Positions 33,210 through 42,352 of a stretch of DNA of 64,000 nt are shown here, in pieces (the stretch's first letter is position 1; every line of letters begins with the position of its first letter). Made by a program: the position numbers and the translations under genes. The stretch comes from Rhodoferax sp. (GTDB taxonomy: Bacteria; Pseudomonadota; Gammaproteobacteria; Burkholderiales; Burkholderiaceae_C), in assembly GCA_034519365.1 (NCBI GenBank), contig JAXHOO010000033.1:7850-71849 (forward strand), read 5' to 3'. The notes below the pieces were generated by a model. That model worked only from the letters and a program-made list of their open reading frames with translations. It had not been told where the DNA came from and did no database searches.

Positions 33210-33959
33210 CTAAGCCCCCTGTAGCACCAAGATGACCGTGCAACCCTGAGAGGGGTTCACGGTCATGTCTATTTGGCCGTCCAGTTTTTGCATGGCGCGC
33301 AGCGCCGTCAACAAACCCAAACCCAAGCCCGGGTAGGTCTTGCTCCCCTGGAGACGACCAAACGGTTTGAACAGATGCTCTCGCTGAGCCGGGTCCCAGC
33401 CAATGCCTTGGTCTGCCAAGTGCAGCGCCACCCGCTGGTCTGCTTGCAAACTTGCGGAAATGTGAATCTGAGCAGGAACGCCGACAGGCGTAAATTTGCA
33501 GGCGTTGCCCAAGCACTGCGCCAGCGCCGTCCGCAACAGTTGCCGGTCCGCCCGCACCTGAACACCCCCAACCTCGATCGCGCACACTGCAGTCTGCATG
33601 GACGCCAACTGCTGCAATTCCGCCCACACCTCCGCCAGCAATGGTTGCAGTGCTACGGTTTCCCAAACCACAGGCGACTGCCCCAACCGTGCGAGCTCGG
33701 TCAGCCCGGTCAGCATTTGCCCCAACTGCTGGGAAGATTGGGTGACGGTCTCCAAAAACCCCCGCAACTCATCTGTCAGCACGGGGCCAGCTTCGTCTTG
33801 TACCAGCCGGGAAAACGACACGATATGCCGCAGCGGTGCACGCAAGTCGTGCGAGACAGCATGGGTAAATGCTTGCAGCTCGCGCCGAGCAGACGCCAAC
33901 TCGGCCTCCAATTCCGCGATCCGGGTTTGCGCATCCATTGAAGACATCACAATGCTCAA
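33210..33959 (-). CDS. Cytoplasmic histidine kinase (HisKA plus HATPase, no sensor domain)
   Basis: VSHDLRAPLRH H-box, NACKF, DQGIG and GLGLGL; overlaps the glmU stop, start uncertain. Confidence 0.8.
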   Translation of the reverse strand: MSIVMSSMDAQTRIAELEAELASARRELQAFTHAVSHDLRAPLRHIVSFSRLVQDEAGPVLTDELRGFLETVTQSSQQLGQMLTGLTELARLGQSPVVWETVALQPLLAEVWAELQQLASMQTAVCAIEVGGVQVRADRQLLRTALAQCLGNACKFTPVGVPAQIHISASLQADQRVALHLADQGIGWDPAQREHLFKPFGRLQGSKTYPGLGLGLLTALRAMQKLDGQIDMTVNPSQGCTVILVLQGA

Positions 33960-35410
33960 CTCGCTTTGGGCTGTTTGGTCGGGCGCGCCCAGTTGGCAAT
34001 ACTGAGTTGCCTACCGCGCGCCACGCTCAGTGAACCCGGCTCCGTATTCTTGGTGATGGTGGAGCCACCGCCGATGGTGCCGCCTGCGCCCAGGGTGACA
34101 GGTGCCACCAGCACGCAGTTGCTGCCCACATGCACGTCCGCCTCGATCACCGTACGGTGCTTGTTGGCACCGTCGTAATTCGCGGTAATGCTGCCCGCGC
34201 CATAGTTCACCCGCTCACCCACGGTCGCGTCGCCCAAATAGGCCAAATGGTTGGCCTTGGCACCTTTCGCCAAGGTGGAGTTTTTGACTTCCACAAAATT
34301 GCCAATATGGACCTCAGCGCCCAAGCGCGTCCCCGGTCGCAAGCGGGCAAACGGGCCGACCAACGCTCCCGCTCCCACTGTCACTCCCAGCTTTTCGCCG
34401 TCGATGTGGGTAAAGGGGTGAATCACCGCGCCAGCCTCGATTACCACGTTAGCAATCACGCAGTTGGCGCCAATCGACACGCCCTCACCTAAATTCACCT
34501 GCCCCATGAACACACAGTTCACATCAATGCTCACATCGTGCGCGCACAACAGGTCGCCGCGCACGTCGAACCGCGCGGGGTCCGCCAACCGCACGCCCTC
34601 TTCCATCAGGCGGTGAGCCTGGCGCAGTTGGTAGGCGCGCTCCAGTTCTGCGAGCTGCACCGGGCTGTTGACGCCGGCCACCTGCACGGCATCGCCAATT
34701 TTGTAACCCACTACCTCCACGCCATCCACCACCGCGAGCTTGACGACATCTGTCAGGTAATACTCGTTTTGGACGTTGTGGTTGTCCAAACGGGCAAGCC
34801 AGCGCTTGAGCTGGGCCGCTGGCACCGCCATGATGCCGCTGTAAATCTCGGTGATGGCGCGCTGCGCTGCACTGGCATCTTTGTGCTCTACGATGGCTTG
34901 CACCGCGCCATCTTGGGCCCGAACAATCCGCCCGTAGCCGGTTGGGTCGGCTTGCTCCAATGTCAGCAGAGCCAGCTTGCTGCCACCGCTGGCCTGAATC
35001 AGGTGAAACAGGGTGTCGGATTGGGTCAACGGCACATCGCCGGACAGGACCACCACCACTGCATCGTCCTCCAACAAGGGGACCGCTTGCTGCACAGCGT
35101 GTCCCGTCCCCAGTTGCGGCTCTTGCCGCGCAAAATTTATAGAAAAATCGGCTGTAGCCCCAGTGGAAACTGCACAAGCTGCTTCTACTTCTGTAGCGCC
35201 GTGACCCGTGATCACCACGACTTTGCGCGCCAGCAGCTCCGCAGCAGTGTCTAGCACATGGCGCAACAGTGGCCGCCCGGCCAGCGTGTGCAAGACCTTG
35301 GGCGTGCGGCTCTTCATACGCGTGCCCTTGCCCGCCGCCATAATGACCACGTCCACTACCGGCACCGTGCCACTCGCTTCTTGAACTTGTTTACCAGACG
35401 TCACGTGCAT
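33956..35410 (-). CDS. glmU: Bifunctional UDP-GlcNAc pyrophosphorylase/acetyltransferase
   Basis: MAAGKGTRMKS, QLGTGHAV, EYYLTD, GPFARLRP and NYDGANK motifs; start approximate. Confidence 0.95.
   Translation of the reverse strand: MHVTSGKQVQEASGTVPVVDVVIMAAGKGTRMKSRTPKVLHTLAGRPLLRHVLDTAAELLARKVVVITGHGATEVEAACAVSTGATADFSINFARQEPQLGTGHAVQQAVPLLEDDAVVVVLSGDVPLTQSDTLFHLIQASGGSKLALLTLEQADPTGYGRIVRAQDGAVQAIVEHKDASAAQRAITEIYSGIMAVPAAQLKRWLARLDNHNVQNEYYLTDVVKLAVVDGVEVVGYKIGDAVQVAGVNSPVQLAELERAYQLRQAHRLMEEGVRLADPARFDVRGDLLCAHDVSIDVNCVFMGQVNLGEGVSIGANCVIANVVIEAGAVIHPFTHIDGEKLGVTVGAGALVGPFARLRPGTRLGAEVHIGNFVEVKNSTLAKGAKANHLAYLGDATVGERVNYGAGSITANYDGANKHRTVIEADVHVGSNCVLVAPVTLGAGGTIGGGSTITKNTEPGSLSVARGRQLSIANWARPTKQPKAS
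35132..35198 (-). repeat. Dispersed element in-frame inside glmU
   Basis: Reverse strand reads CGCTACAGAAGTAGAAGCAGCTTGTGCAGTTTCCACTGGGGCTACAGCC and encodes ATEVEAACAVSTGATADF. Confidence 0.8.
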
Positions 35411-36337
35411 GCCCTCGCGCCCAGCGCAGTTGGTGTTGAAAAATACCCGCCCAGGCAGCAACGCCTAGGCCATTGGTTCGCCATTATCGGCCTGCTACTG
35501 GGGGCGAGCTTACTCACCGGCTGCAGCGCGACGCGTCTGGCCTACAACAATGCCCCAGACTTGCTGTATTGGTGGAGCGACGGTTTTTTCGACTGGGACC
35601 AACCTCAGTCAACCCGGTTGCGCAATGACCTGCCAGACCTGTTGCAATGGCACCGCGCCCAAGAACTGCCCGGAGTGGTGGCCACCCTCCATGCGGTGCA
35701 AACGGCTGCGCTGCAAGACATTCAAACCGACCAGGTCTGTGCCCTAAGCGTCTACGTGCAGCAACGCTTGCAAGCCGTCTTAGACCGGGCGCTTCCCACG
35801 GCCGCCGCGATCGCCCCCAACCTAAGTGCGGCGCAGCTCACCCACTTGGAACTGGCACTGGACAAACGCAGCCGCGAATGGCGCGAAGAATGGCTGGACG
35901 ATCCACCGGCCGAGCGCGAAGACCGCCGTTTGAAAAAAATGGTGGCCCGTGCCGAAGAGTTTTACGGGCGCATCAGCCCCGCCCAACGCGACCAACTGCG
36001 CGCGCAGTTGCGCGCCTCTGCCTTTGACCCCAGCCTGCAGTTTCAAGAGGGTGTGCGCCGCCAGCAGGACATCCTGCTCACGCTACGCCAAATCACCGCA
36101 GATGCGGTCTCCGGCACCGGCACGGCGGCGCAGACGCAAGCCGCATTGCGCGCGCTGGTGGGACGCACCCTGGAGTCGCCCGACCCTGCCTTTTTGCAAT
36201 ACACCATCCAGGTGCGCCGCCAAGCCTGTGCGGCGGTTGCCGAATTCCACAACCGCGCCGGCGCCGGGCAACGGCTGCGCCTACAGCAGACCCTGCAAGG
36301 CTACGAAGCCGATGCCCGGGCCTTGCAGGCGCGCTAG
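35405..36337 (+). CDS. Lipoprotein (DUF6279-like)
   Basis: LLTGCS lipobox followed by RLAYNNAPDLLYWW and WHRAQELP; start uncertain. Confidence 0.7.
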   Translation: MHALAPSAVGVEKYPPRQQRLGHWFAIIGLLLGASLLTGCSATRLAYNNAPDLLYWWSDGFFDWDQPQSTRLRNDLPDLLQWHRAQELPGVVATLHAVQTAALQDIQTDQVCALSVYVQQRLQAVLDRALPTAAAIAPNLSAAQLTHLELALDKRSREWREEWLDDPPAEREDRRLKKMVARAEEFYGRISPAQRDQLRAQLRASAFDPSLQFQEGVRRQQDILLTLRQITADAVSGTGTAAQTQAALRALVGRTLESPDPAFLQYTIQVRRQACAAVAEFHNRAGAGQRLRLQQTLQGYEADARALQAR

Positions 36338-36369
36338 TTCCCAGAGCCGCACCCACTAGGAACTCCACC

Positions 36370-36804
36370 ATGGCAGGCATAGACCGTGAATTCGCCGACT
36401 ACTGCTGCGAGCTTTTGTCCAGCGTCGGGCCTTGTGCCGCGCGGCGCATGTTTGGCGGTTGGGGCATCAGCACCGACGGCTTGACCGTGGCCATCTTGGC
36501 CAATTTGGGTGGAGGCGCCACGCTGTGGCTCAAATCAGCACCCGGCGATGCGCAGCGCTATACCAATGCAGGCTGCCAACGCTTTGAGTACGCCGCCAAA
36601 GACAAGACCATGAGCATGAACTACTACAGCGCCCCAGCGGATGCCATGGAGTCGCAGCCGCTGATGGCGCCGTGGGCGCGGCTGGCCTTGGAAGCGGCCC
36701 TGCTAGCGCGCAACAAACCGGCAGCTAAGAACGCGCGCCGGACACCCAAGCTACCCGAGGGCAACACAGCAACCCGCCGCCGGGCCGCCCCCAAGGCGAG
36801 TTAG
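36370..36804 (+). CDS. TfoX/Sxy N-terminal domain protein
   Basis: RRMFGGWG, MNYYSAP and WARLALEAA motifs. Confidence 0.85.
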   Translation: MAGIDREFADYCCELLSSVGPCAARRMFGGWGISTDGLTVAILANLGGGATLWLKSAPGDAQRYTNAGCQRFEYAAKDKTMSMNYYSAPADAMESQPLMAPWARLALEAALLARNKPAAKNARRTPKLPEGNTATRRRAAPKAS

Positions 36805-36851
36805 CCCCCTCGGGGGGCAGCGACCCGCGCAGCGGCGGAACGTGGGGGCCA
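36772..36851. repeat. REP-like GC-rich palindromic element overlapping the tfoX 3' end
   Basis: CCGCCGCCGGGCCGCCCCCAAGGCGAGTTAGCCCCCTCGGGGGGCAGCGACCCGCGCAGCGGCGGAACGTGGGGGC forms nested hairpins; only one copy in this window. Confidence 0.55.
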
Positions 36852-36854
36852 TAT

Positions 36855-37463
36855 TCAAACGGGCCACACTACCCCGTGGTCGTTGAGAATGGCATCCAAG
36901 GGCATGTCGTGCGGCTCCGGCTCAAAGTCGTCCACAAAACCCGGCGCGTACCCCAACCCCACCGTCACCGGCTTGGGCTCCAAGCTGGCCAACATGCGGT
37001 CATAGAAACCCCCGCCGTAGCCCAAGCGATAGCCCCCCGGTCCGTAACCCACGCAAGGAACAAATAGCAACGTAGGAACCACCAACTCCGTGTCTTTGGG
37101 CTTGGGAATGCCGTAAGCATCTTCTTCCATGGGGCAGCCGGGGTACCAAGCGTGAAAAGTCATGGTCTTATGTTCCCGGTTGACCACCGGCAAACCAATA
37201 CGTCGCAACGCAGGTTGGTCCACCAGCTCACCATCTTCTTTCCAGCGGTGCAGCGCTGGTAAGGGATCAAACTCACCTTTGATGGGCCAGTAGGCGCCAA
37301 TCACCGTATCGGTGCGACCGACCAGCCAGATACGCATCACGCGTTGTAAAAGTTCAGCCCTCTGTAGGCGATCGGGCAGGTTCAGGCGTTGCTCTACCAG
37401 CAGCTTGCGAAGGGTTTTCTTCTGCGTAGCTTTGTAATCTTCTGAGTTGTCCATAATCCCCAC
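36855..37463 (-). CDS. 5-formyltetrahydrofolate cyclo-ligase
   Basis: RLGYGGGFYDR and EPHDMPLD motifs. Confidence 0.9.
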   Translation of the reverse strand: MGIMDNSEDYKATQKKTLRKLLVEQRLNLPDRLQRAELLQRVMRIWLVGRTDTVIGAYWPIKGEFDPLPALHRWKEDGELVDQPALRRIGLPVVNREHKTMTFHAWYPGCPMEEDAYGIPKPKDTELVVPTLLFVPCVGYGPGGYRLGYGGGFYDRMLASLEPKPVTVGLGYAPGFVDDFEPEPHDMPLDAILNDHGVVWPV

Positions 37464-39476
37464 ATGCAGTTTTCAGCCATTCTGACATCCCTCGCCTTGG
37501 CGGGCTTTGCGGTGTCCACCTTTGCCTTGCCGGCCAACGCCCAAGGGCGTGAGGGCAGCCGCGAAGCGGCCCGCGCCGACGACACGCTGTTGGAAATGTC
37601 CCAAGCCTACAAACAGCGGGACCGTAAGCGCCTGTCCGCCCTGCTGCCCCAGGTTCGCAACCACCCGCTAGAGCCCTGGGCCGCCTACTGGGAGCTGTCC
37701 GCCCGCATGGGCGAAGCCAGTACGTCTGAAATCCAAGATTTCTTGAGCCGCTACGCAGGCACCTACCAAGAAGACCGGCTGCGGGTGGAGTGGCTACAAC
37801 AATTAGGCAAGCAACGCGACTGGAACACCTTTGCGCGCGAATGGTCGCCCTACCGCATGCAGGACGACCGCGCTATCCAGTGCTACCGCCTGCTAGCCGA
37901 CTACAACCTGCACGGCGCCAATGTCAGCGACCAAGTGCGAGACGCTTGGCTGAGCACCAAAGACGCCGACGACGCCTGTGCGGCCGCTGCGGCACAGCTG
38001 CTAGGTGACAAAAAACTGCCCAACCAGGCAGCCTGGATTCGCGCCCGCCTGGGTATGGAAAACGACCGACTGCGCGTGGTTACCCAAGCCGTGGGCCTGC
38101 TCAACGACGACTGGAACAAAACCGTCAACACGGTCTACCAGCAACCGGCCAAGTACCTCAACGACAAGCTCACCGCCCTGCGCCCGCAGACCCGGGAATT
38201 GGTGTCGTTGGCGCTGGTGCGCCTAGCTTACCTAGACCCCGCAGACGCTGCACAAGAGGTAGACAAGTTGCGCTGGAAAGCCCAACTCACCACGGAGGAG
38301 CGCAGCTGGATTTGGGGCGTGATTGGCAAGCGCGCGGCACAAAGGTTATCCAACGACGCGCCCGACTATTTCTCCAAGGGCAAATTCAGCCAGATGCACG
38401 AAGACCATCTGGCCTGGGCCACGCGAGCCGCCCTACGCGCTGGCCGCTGGAACCAAGTGGCAGACGCGATAGCCGCCATGCCTGAGGCCCAGCGCAACGA
38501 CCCCGCGTGGCAATACTGGCGCGCCCGGGCACAAATTCAGCTCTCGAACAACGAAGTGGAGCGCGCCCAGGGCGTTCGAGGCCTGCAGGCCTTGGCCGGA
38601 ATTCAGGGCTTTTACCAAATGCTGGCGCTGGAAGACCTGGGCCAGAAGATCACCCTGCCGGCACGGCCGCTGCCCCTGACGGCCGACGAAAAGGAGTTGG
38701 CCAACACCAACGCTGGTTTAAGCCGCGGGCTCTATGCCATCAAACTGGGCCTGCGCAGCGACGGCGTGCGCGAGTGGAACTACACCACCAACCTGCACAG
38801 CCCCGGCGGCATGGACGACCGCAGCCTGCTGGCCGCCGCCAGTCTGGCCTGCCAGGCCGAAGTCTGGGATCGTTGCATCAACACCAGCGAACGCACCCGC
38901 ACCGCCATCGACCTGGAACAGCGCTTCCCCATGCCATTCAAAACCGCCGTACTGGCCCGCACCAAAGCGATTGGGCTGGAGGCGTCCTATGTCTATGGCC
39001 TGATCCGCCAAGAAAGCCGCTTCATCATGGACGCCAAGTCCTCGGTAGGCGCTTCCGGTCTCATGCAGGTGATGCCCGCCACTGCCCGCTGGACCGCCAA
39101 GAAGATTGGCCTGACCGACTTCCAGTCGCACCAGATCACTGACCGCGACACCAACATCGCCATTGGCACCGGCTACCTCAAGCTGGTGCTCGACAGCTTT
39201 GAAGGCTCCATGCCCATGGCCGCTGCGGCCTACAACGCTGGCCCCGGCCGCCCGCGCAACTGGCGCGGCCAGACCGGCGCCCCCACGCTGGAGGCTGCCA
39301 TTTGGGCCGAAAACGTGCCCTTCAGTGAGACACGGGACTATGTGAAGAAAGTGCTGGCCAACACCACGCTCTACGCCGCCCTGATCACTGGCCAGCCGCA
39401 ATCGCTCAAAGCGCGTTTGGGTACCGTGGGCCCGCGCGACGCAGTCACACCCGAGGCGGGTTTGGACTTGCCCTGA
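37464..39476 (+). CDS. slt: Soluble lytic murein transglycosylase (Slt70-like)
   Basis: IRQESRF, GASGLMQVMP, AYNAGPGR and ETRDYVKKV motifs. Confidence 0.9.
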   Translation: MQFSAILTSLALAGFAVSTFALPANAQGREGSREAARADDTLLEMSQAYKQRDRKRLSALLPQVRNHPLEPWAAYWELSARMGEASTSEIQDFLSRYAGTYQEDRLRVEWLQQLGKQRDWNTFAREWSPYRMQDDRAIQCYRLLADYNLHGANVSDQVRDAWLSTKDADDACAAAAAQLLGDKKLPNQAAWIRARLGMENDRLRVVTQAVGLLNDDWNKTVNTVYQQPAKYLNDKLTALRPQTRELVSLALVRLAYLDPADAAQEVDKLRWKAQLTTEERSWIWGVIGKRAAQRLSNDAPDYFSKGKFSQMHEDHLAWATRAALRAGRWNQVADAIAAMPEAQRNDPAWQYWRARAQIQLSNNEVERAQGVRGLQALAGIQGFYQMLALEDLGQKITLPARPLPLTADEKELANTNAGLSRGLYAIKLGLRSDGVREWNYTTNLHSPGGMDDRSLLAAASLACQAEVWDRCINTSERTRTAIDLEQRFPMPFKTAVLARTKAIGLEASYVYGLIRQESRFIMDAKSSVGASGLMQVMPATARWTAKKIGLTDFQSHQITDRDTNIAIGTGYLKLVLDSFEGSMPMAAAAYNAGPGRPRNWRGQTGAPTLEAAIWAENVPFSETRDYVKKVLANTTLYAALITGQPQSLKARLGTVGPRDAVTPEAGLDLP

Positions 39477-39574
39477 GTTAGAACGCTGCGGCGCATCAAT
39501 CCCCGTCTGCTTTCTCATTAATACGCGGTGCGGCGCGCTCTACCATGCAGGCCTAGTTTCATCTGAGGTGTTTC

Positions 39575-40258
39575 ATGCTCAAGCTCTACATCGGCAACAA
39601 GAATTACTCCTCCTGGTCCATGCGGCCTTGGGTGCTGCTCAAACAGGCGGGCATCGACTTCGAAGAGGTCATGGTCCGCTTTGACTCCTTCGATAGCGAC
39701 TCACGCTTCAAGGCCACGATGGGACCCTTAACCCCCACCGGCAAGGTGCCGCTGCTGGTCGATGGCACGCTTGCGATTTGGGACACCCTGGCGATTGCCG
39801 AGTACGTGGCCGAGCAGTTTTCCAACACGCCACTGTGGCCCCGCGAAAAGGCTGCGCGGGCGCGGGCGCGCAGCATTTGCGCCGAAATGCATGCCGGTTT
39901 CACCGCACTGCGCGGCAACTGCCCCATGAACATCGAGGCCGACTTGTCGCAAACCGGCGCCCTCATTTGGCGCGACAAGCCCGGCGTGCGCTCTGACGTG
40001 GCGCGCCTGGTGACCATGTGGGAAGCCCTATTGGACCAACATGGCGGCCCCATGCTGTTTGGTGCGTTCTCGGTGGCAGACGCCTACTACGCACCCGTCT
40101 GCACGCGTCTGCACACCTATGCTCTGCCGCTCCCCGCCAAAACTGCGGCTTATGTGCAACGCGTGCTGGCGCTGCCCAGCGTGCAGGCCTGGATGAGCGA
40201 CGCGCGGGCGGAAAAAGACTTTCTGGATTTTGAAGAGCCCTACCGCCTAACGCGCTAG
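39575..40258 (+). CDS. Glutathione S-transferase family protein
   Basis: NKNYSSWSMRPW, GKVP and DTLAIAEY motifs. Confidence 0.9.
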   Translation: MLKLYIGNKNYSSWSMRPWVLLKQAGIDFEEVMVRFDSFDSDSRFKATMGPLTPTGKVPLLVDGTLAIWDTLAIAEYVAEQFSNTPLWPREKAARARARSICAEMHAGFTALRGNCPMNIEADLSQTGALIWRDKPGVRSDVARLVTMWEALLDQHGGPMLFGAFSVADAYYAPVCTRLHTYALPLPAKTAAYVQRVLALPSVQAWMSDARAEKDFLDFEEPYRLTR

Positions 40259-40273
40259 GCGCCTTCCCGCACC

Positions 40274-41596
40274 ATGGCACCCGCGTCCACCACATCCGGC
40301 GATCAACCCAGTCCGGCGACACCCGACGTCGCCCTACCGGCCGGTGCCCAGGTCTACTTGGTGGGCGGCGCGGTGCGCGACGCCCTGCTGGGCTTGGCAG
40401 TACAAGACCGCGACTGGGTGGTGGTGGGCAGCACGCCCGAAGCGCTGCAGGCGGCAGGCTTTGTGGCGGTGGGCCGCGACTTCCCGGTGTTTCTGCATCC
40501 CGAGACCCACGAGGAATACGCGCTGGCCCGCACCGAGCGCAAGACTGCACCGGGCTACCGCGGCTTTACGGTGCACGCCCACCCCGAAGTGACGCTGGAA
40601 GAAGACTTGGCACGGCGCGACCTTACTATCAATTCAATAGCTGTTCGCGCAAATTCCATAAGGGCCAGAGGCCAATTTAACACCAAATTGGTGGTCGATC
40701 CGTATGGAGGGCGTACTGACCTCGCGCAGCGCGTACTGCGCCATGTCACACCGGCCTTCCGCGAAGACCCGGTGCGCATTCTGCGGCTGGCACGTTTTGC
40801 GGCCCGATTCACCGACTTCACGGTAGCGCCAGAAACCACCGCGCTGATGCAGGCCATGGTGACCGAGGGCGAAGTAGACCACTTGGTCCCCGAGCGCGTC
40901 TGGCAGGAGCTGTCCAAGGGCCTGATGGAAGCGCAACCCTCGCGCATGTTTGAGGTGTTGCGCAGCTGCGGCGCACTCGCGCGCCTGCTGCCTGAGTTAG
41001 ACCGACTCTGGGGCGTACCGCAAAGCCCGGAGCACCACCCCGAGGTCGATACCGGCGTACACGTCATGCTGGTGTTGGATCGCGCCGCCCAACTGGGCGC
41101 GCCGCTGGAAGTGCGCTTTGCCTGCCTGGGCCATGACCTGGGCAAAGGCACGACGCCGGTCGACGTCCTGCCGCGCCACATTGGCCACGAGGAACGCAGC
41201 GTGCGCCTGCTCAAAACGGTGTTCCAACGGCTGCGCGTGCCCAGCGACTGCGCCGAACTGGCCGAGGTGGTGGCGCGCGAGCACGGCAACATCCACCGCA
41301 GTGCCAGCCTCAATGCCGCCGCCATCGTGCGCCTGCTGGAGCGCTGTGACGCTTTTCGCAAGCCGGCGCGCTTTGCCCAAGCACTGCTGGCCTGCCAGTG
41401 CGACGCACAGGGTCGTCTGGGCCTCACCGATACGCCCTACCCCCAAGCCGCGCGGCTAGCACAGGCCTTGGCCAGCGCGCAGTCGGTTGCTACTGATTTG
41501 GTAGCTGTTCGCGCAATATCGGCGGGGGCTAGCGGCCCAAAAATAGGTCAAATGATCCAAGCCGCCCGCACCGACGCGGTAGCACAAACCCTGTAG
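40274..41596 (+). CDS. cca: Multifunctional CCA-adding enzyme (with HD domain)
   Basis: VGGAVRD, DRDWVVVG, ARTERK, RRDLTIN, EDPVRILR, HHPEVDTG and HDLGK motifs. Confidence 0.95.
   Translation: MAPASTTSGDQPSPATPDVALPAGAQVYLVGGAVRDALLGLAVQDRDWVVVGSTPEALQAAGFVAVGRDFPVFLHPETHEEYALARTERKTAPGYRGFTVHAHPEVTLEEDLARRDLTINSIAVRANSIRARGQFNTKLVVDPYGGRTDLAQRVLRHVTPAFREDPVRILRLARFAARFTDFTVAPETTALMQAMVTEGEVDHLVPERVWQELSKGLMEAQPSRMFEVLRSCGALARLLPELDRLWGVPQSPEHHPEVDTGVHVMLVLDRAAQLGAPLEVRFACLGHDLGKGTTPVDVLPRHIGHEERSVRLLKTVFQRLRVPSDCAELAEVVAREHGNIHRSASLNAAAIVRLLERCDAFRKPARFAQALLACQCDAQGRLGLTDTPYPQAARLAQALASAQSVATDLVAVRAISAGASGPKIGQMIQAARTDAVAQTL
40624..40689 (+). repeat. Dispersed element in-frame inside cca (at the RRDLTIN motif)
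   Basis: TACTATCAATTCAATAGCTGTTCGCGCAAATTCCATAAGGGCCAGAGGCCAATTTAAC. Confidence 0.88.
41488..41553 (+). repeat. Dispersed element in-frame near the cca C-terminus
   Basis: TGCTACTGATTTGGTAGCTGTTCGCGCAATATCGGCGGGGGCTAGCGGCC. Confidence 0.88.
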
Positions 41597-41650
41597 CGAC
41601 TGCGCCACCCGACACGCGGCGCAGGCCGCCCGCCTTGGTATGCTCCGGCC

Positions 41651-42352
41651 ATGGCCCATTTACTCATTGTTGAAGACGACGAATTACTACGCGACGGGCT
41701 GTGTGCCCAGTTGGTCCACGCGGGCCACAGCGTCAGCAGCGCCAGCGACGGCGCCCAAGCCCAAAGCCTGCTGGAAAGCACCCGGTTTGACGGTGTGGTG
41801 CTCGACCTGGGGCTGCCGGTCATCGACGGCGTCAGCGTGCTGCAATGGCTGCGCCAGCGCCTAGCGGCGCTGCCGGTGCTGATACTGACCGCCCGCGACG
41901 GCGTGGACGACCGGGTGCAGGGCCTAAACGCTGGCGCCGACGACTACCTGACCAAACCCTTCAACATGGCCGAGCTGCTGGCCCGCTTGCAAGCCATGCT
42001 GCGCCGTGCGCGCCTGCCGGCCTTTGGCGGGTCACTGGAGATAAAAACCGACACCCACGCCAGCCTGCGGCTGGACCCGGTGCGCCCGCTGGGCTGGCTA
42101 GGGGACGAGCCGATGGACCTGACGCACCGCGAGTGGTCACTGCTGTCACTGTTTGTCAATAACCTAGGCCAGGTGGTGGGGCGCGAAGACGTATTGGCCG
42201 TCTGGCAAACCCAGCCGCAAGACGGCACAGCAGTGGGGTCCAACGCGCTGGAGGTCTATGTACACCGCCTGCGCCGCAAGTTGGGCAACAGCGGCCTGAG
42301 CATCCGCAATGTGCGTGGACTGGGCTACATGTTGGAACTCGACGGCGCATGA
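41651..42352 (+). CDS. OmpR family response regulator (TctD/QseB-like)
   Basis: REC domain plus winged helix (SNALEVYVHRLRRKL, VRGLGY). Confidence 0.9.
   Translation: MAHLLIVEDDELLRDGLCAQLVHAGHSVSSASDGAQAQSLLESTRFDGVVLDLGLPVIDGVSVLQWLRQRLAALPVLILTARDGVDDRVQGLNAGADDYLTKPFNMAELLARLQAMLRRARLPAFGGSLEIKTDTHASLRLDPVRPLGWLGDEPMDLTHREWSLLSLFVNNLGQVVGREDVLAVWQTQPQDGTAVGSNALEVYVHRLRRKLGNSGLSIRNVRGLGYMLELDGA

Noticed and set aside
37440-37480. 6S RNA upstream of the 5-formyl-THF cyclo-ligase
   Set aside because: There is no room; slt starts immediately on the opposite strand.
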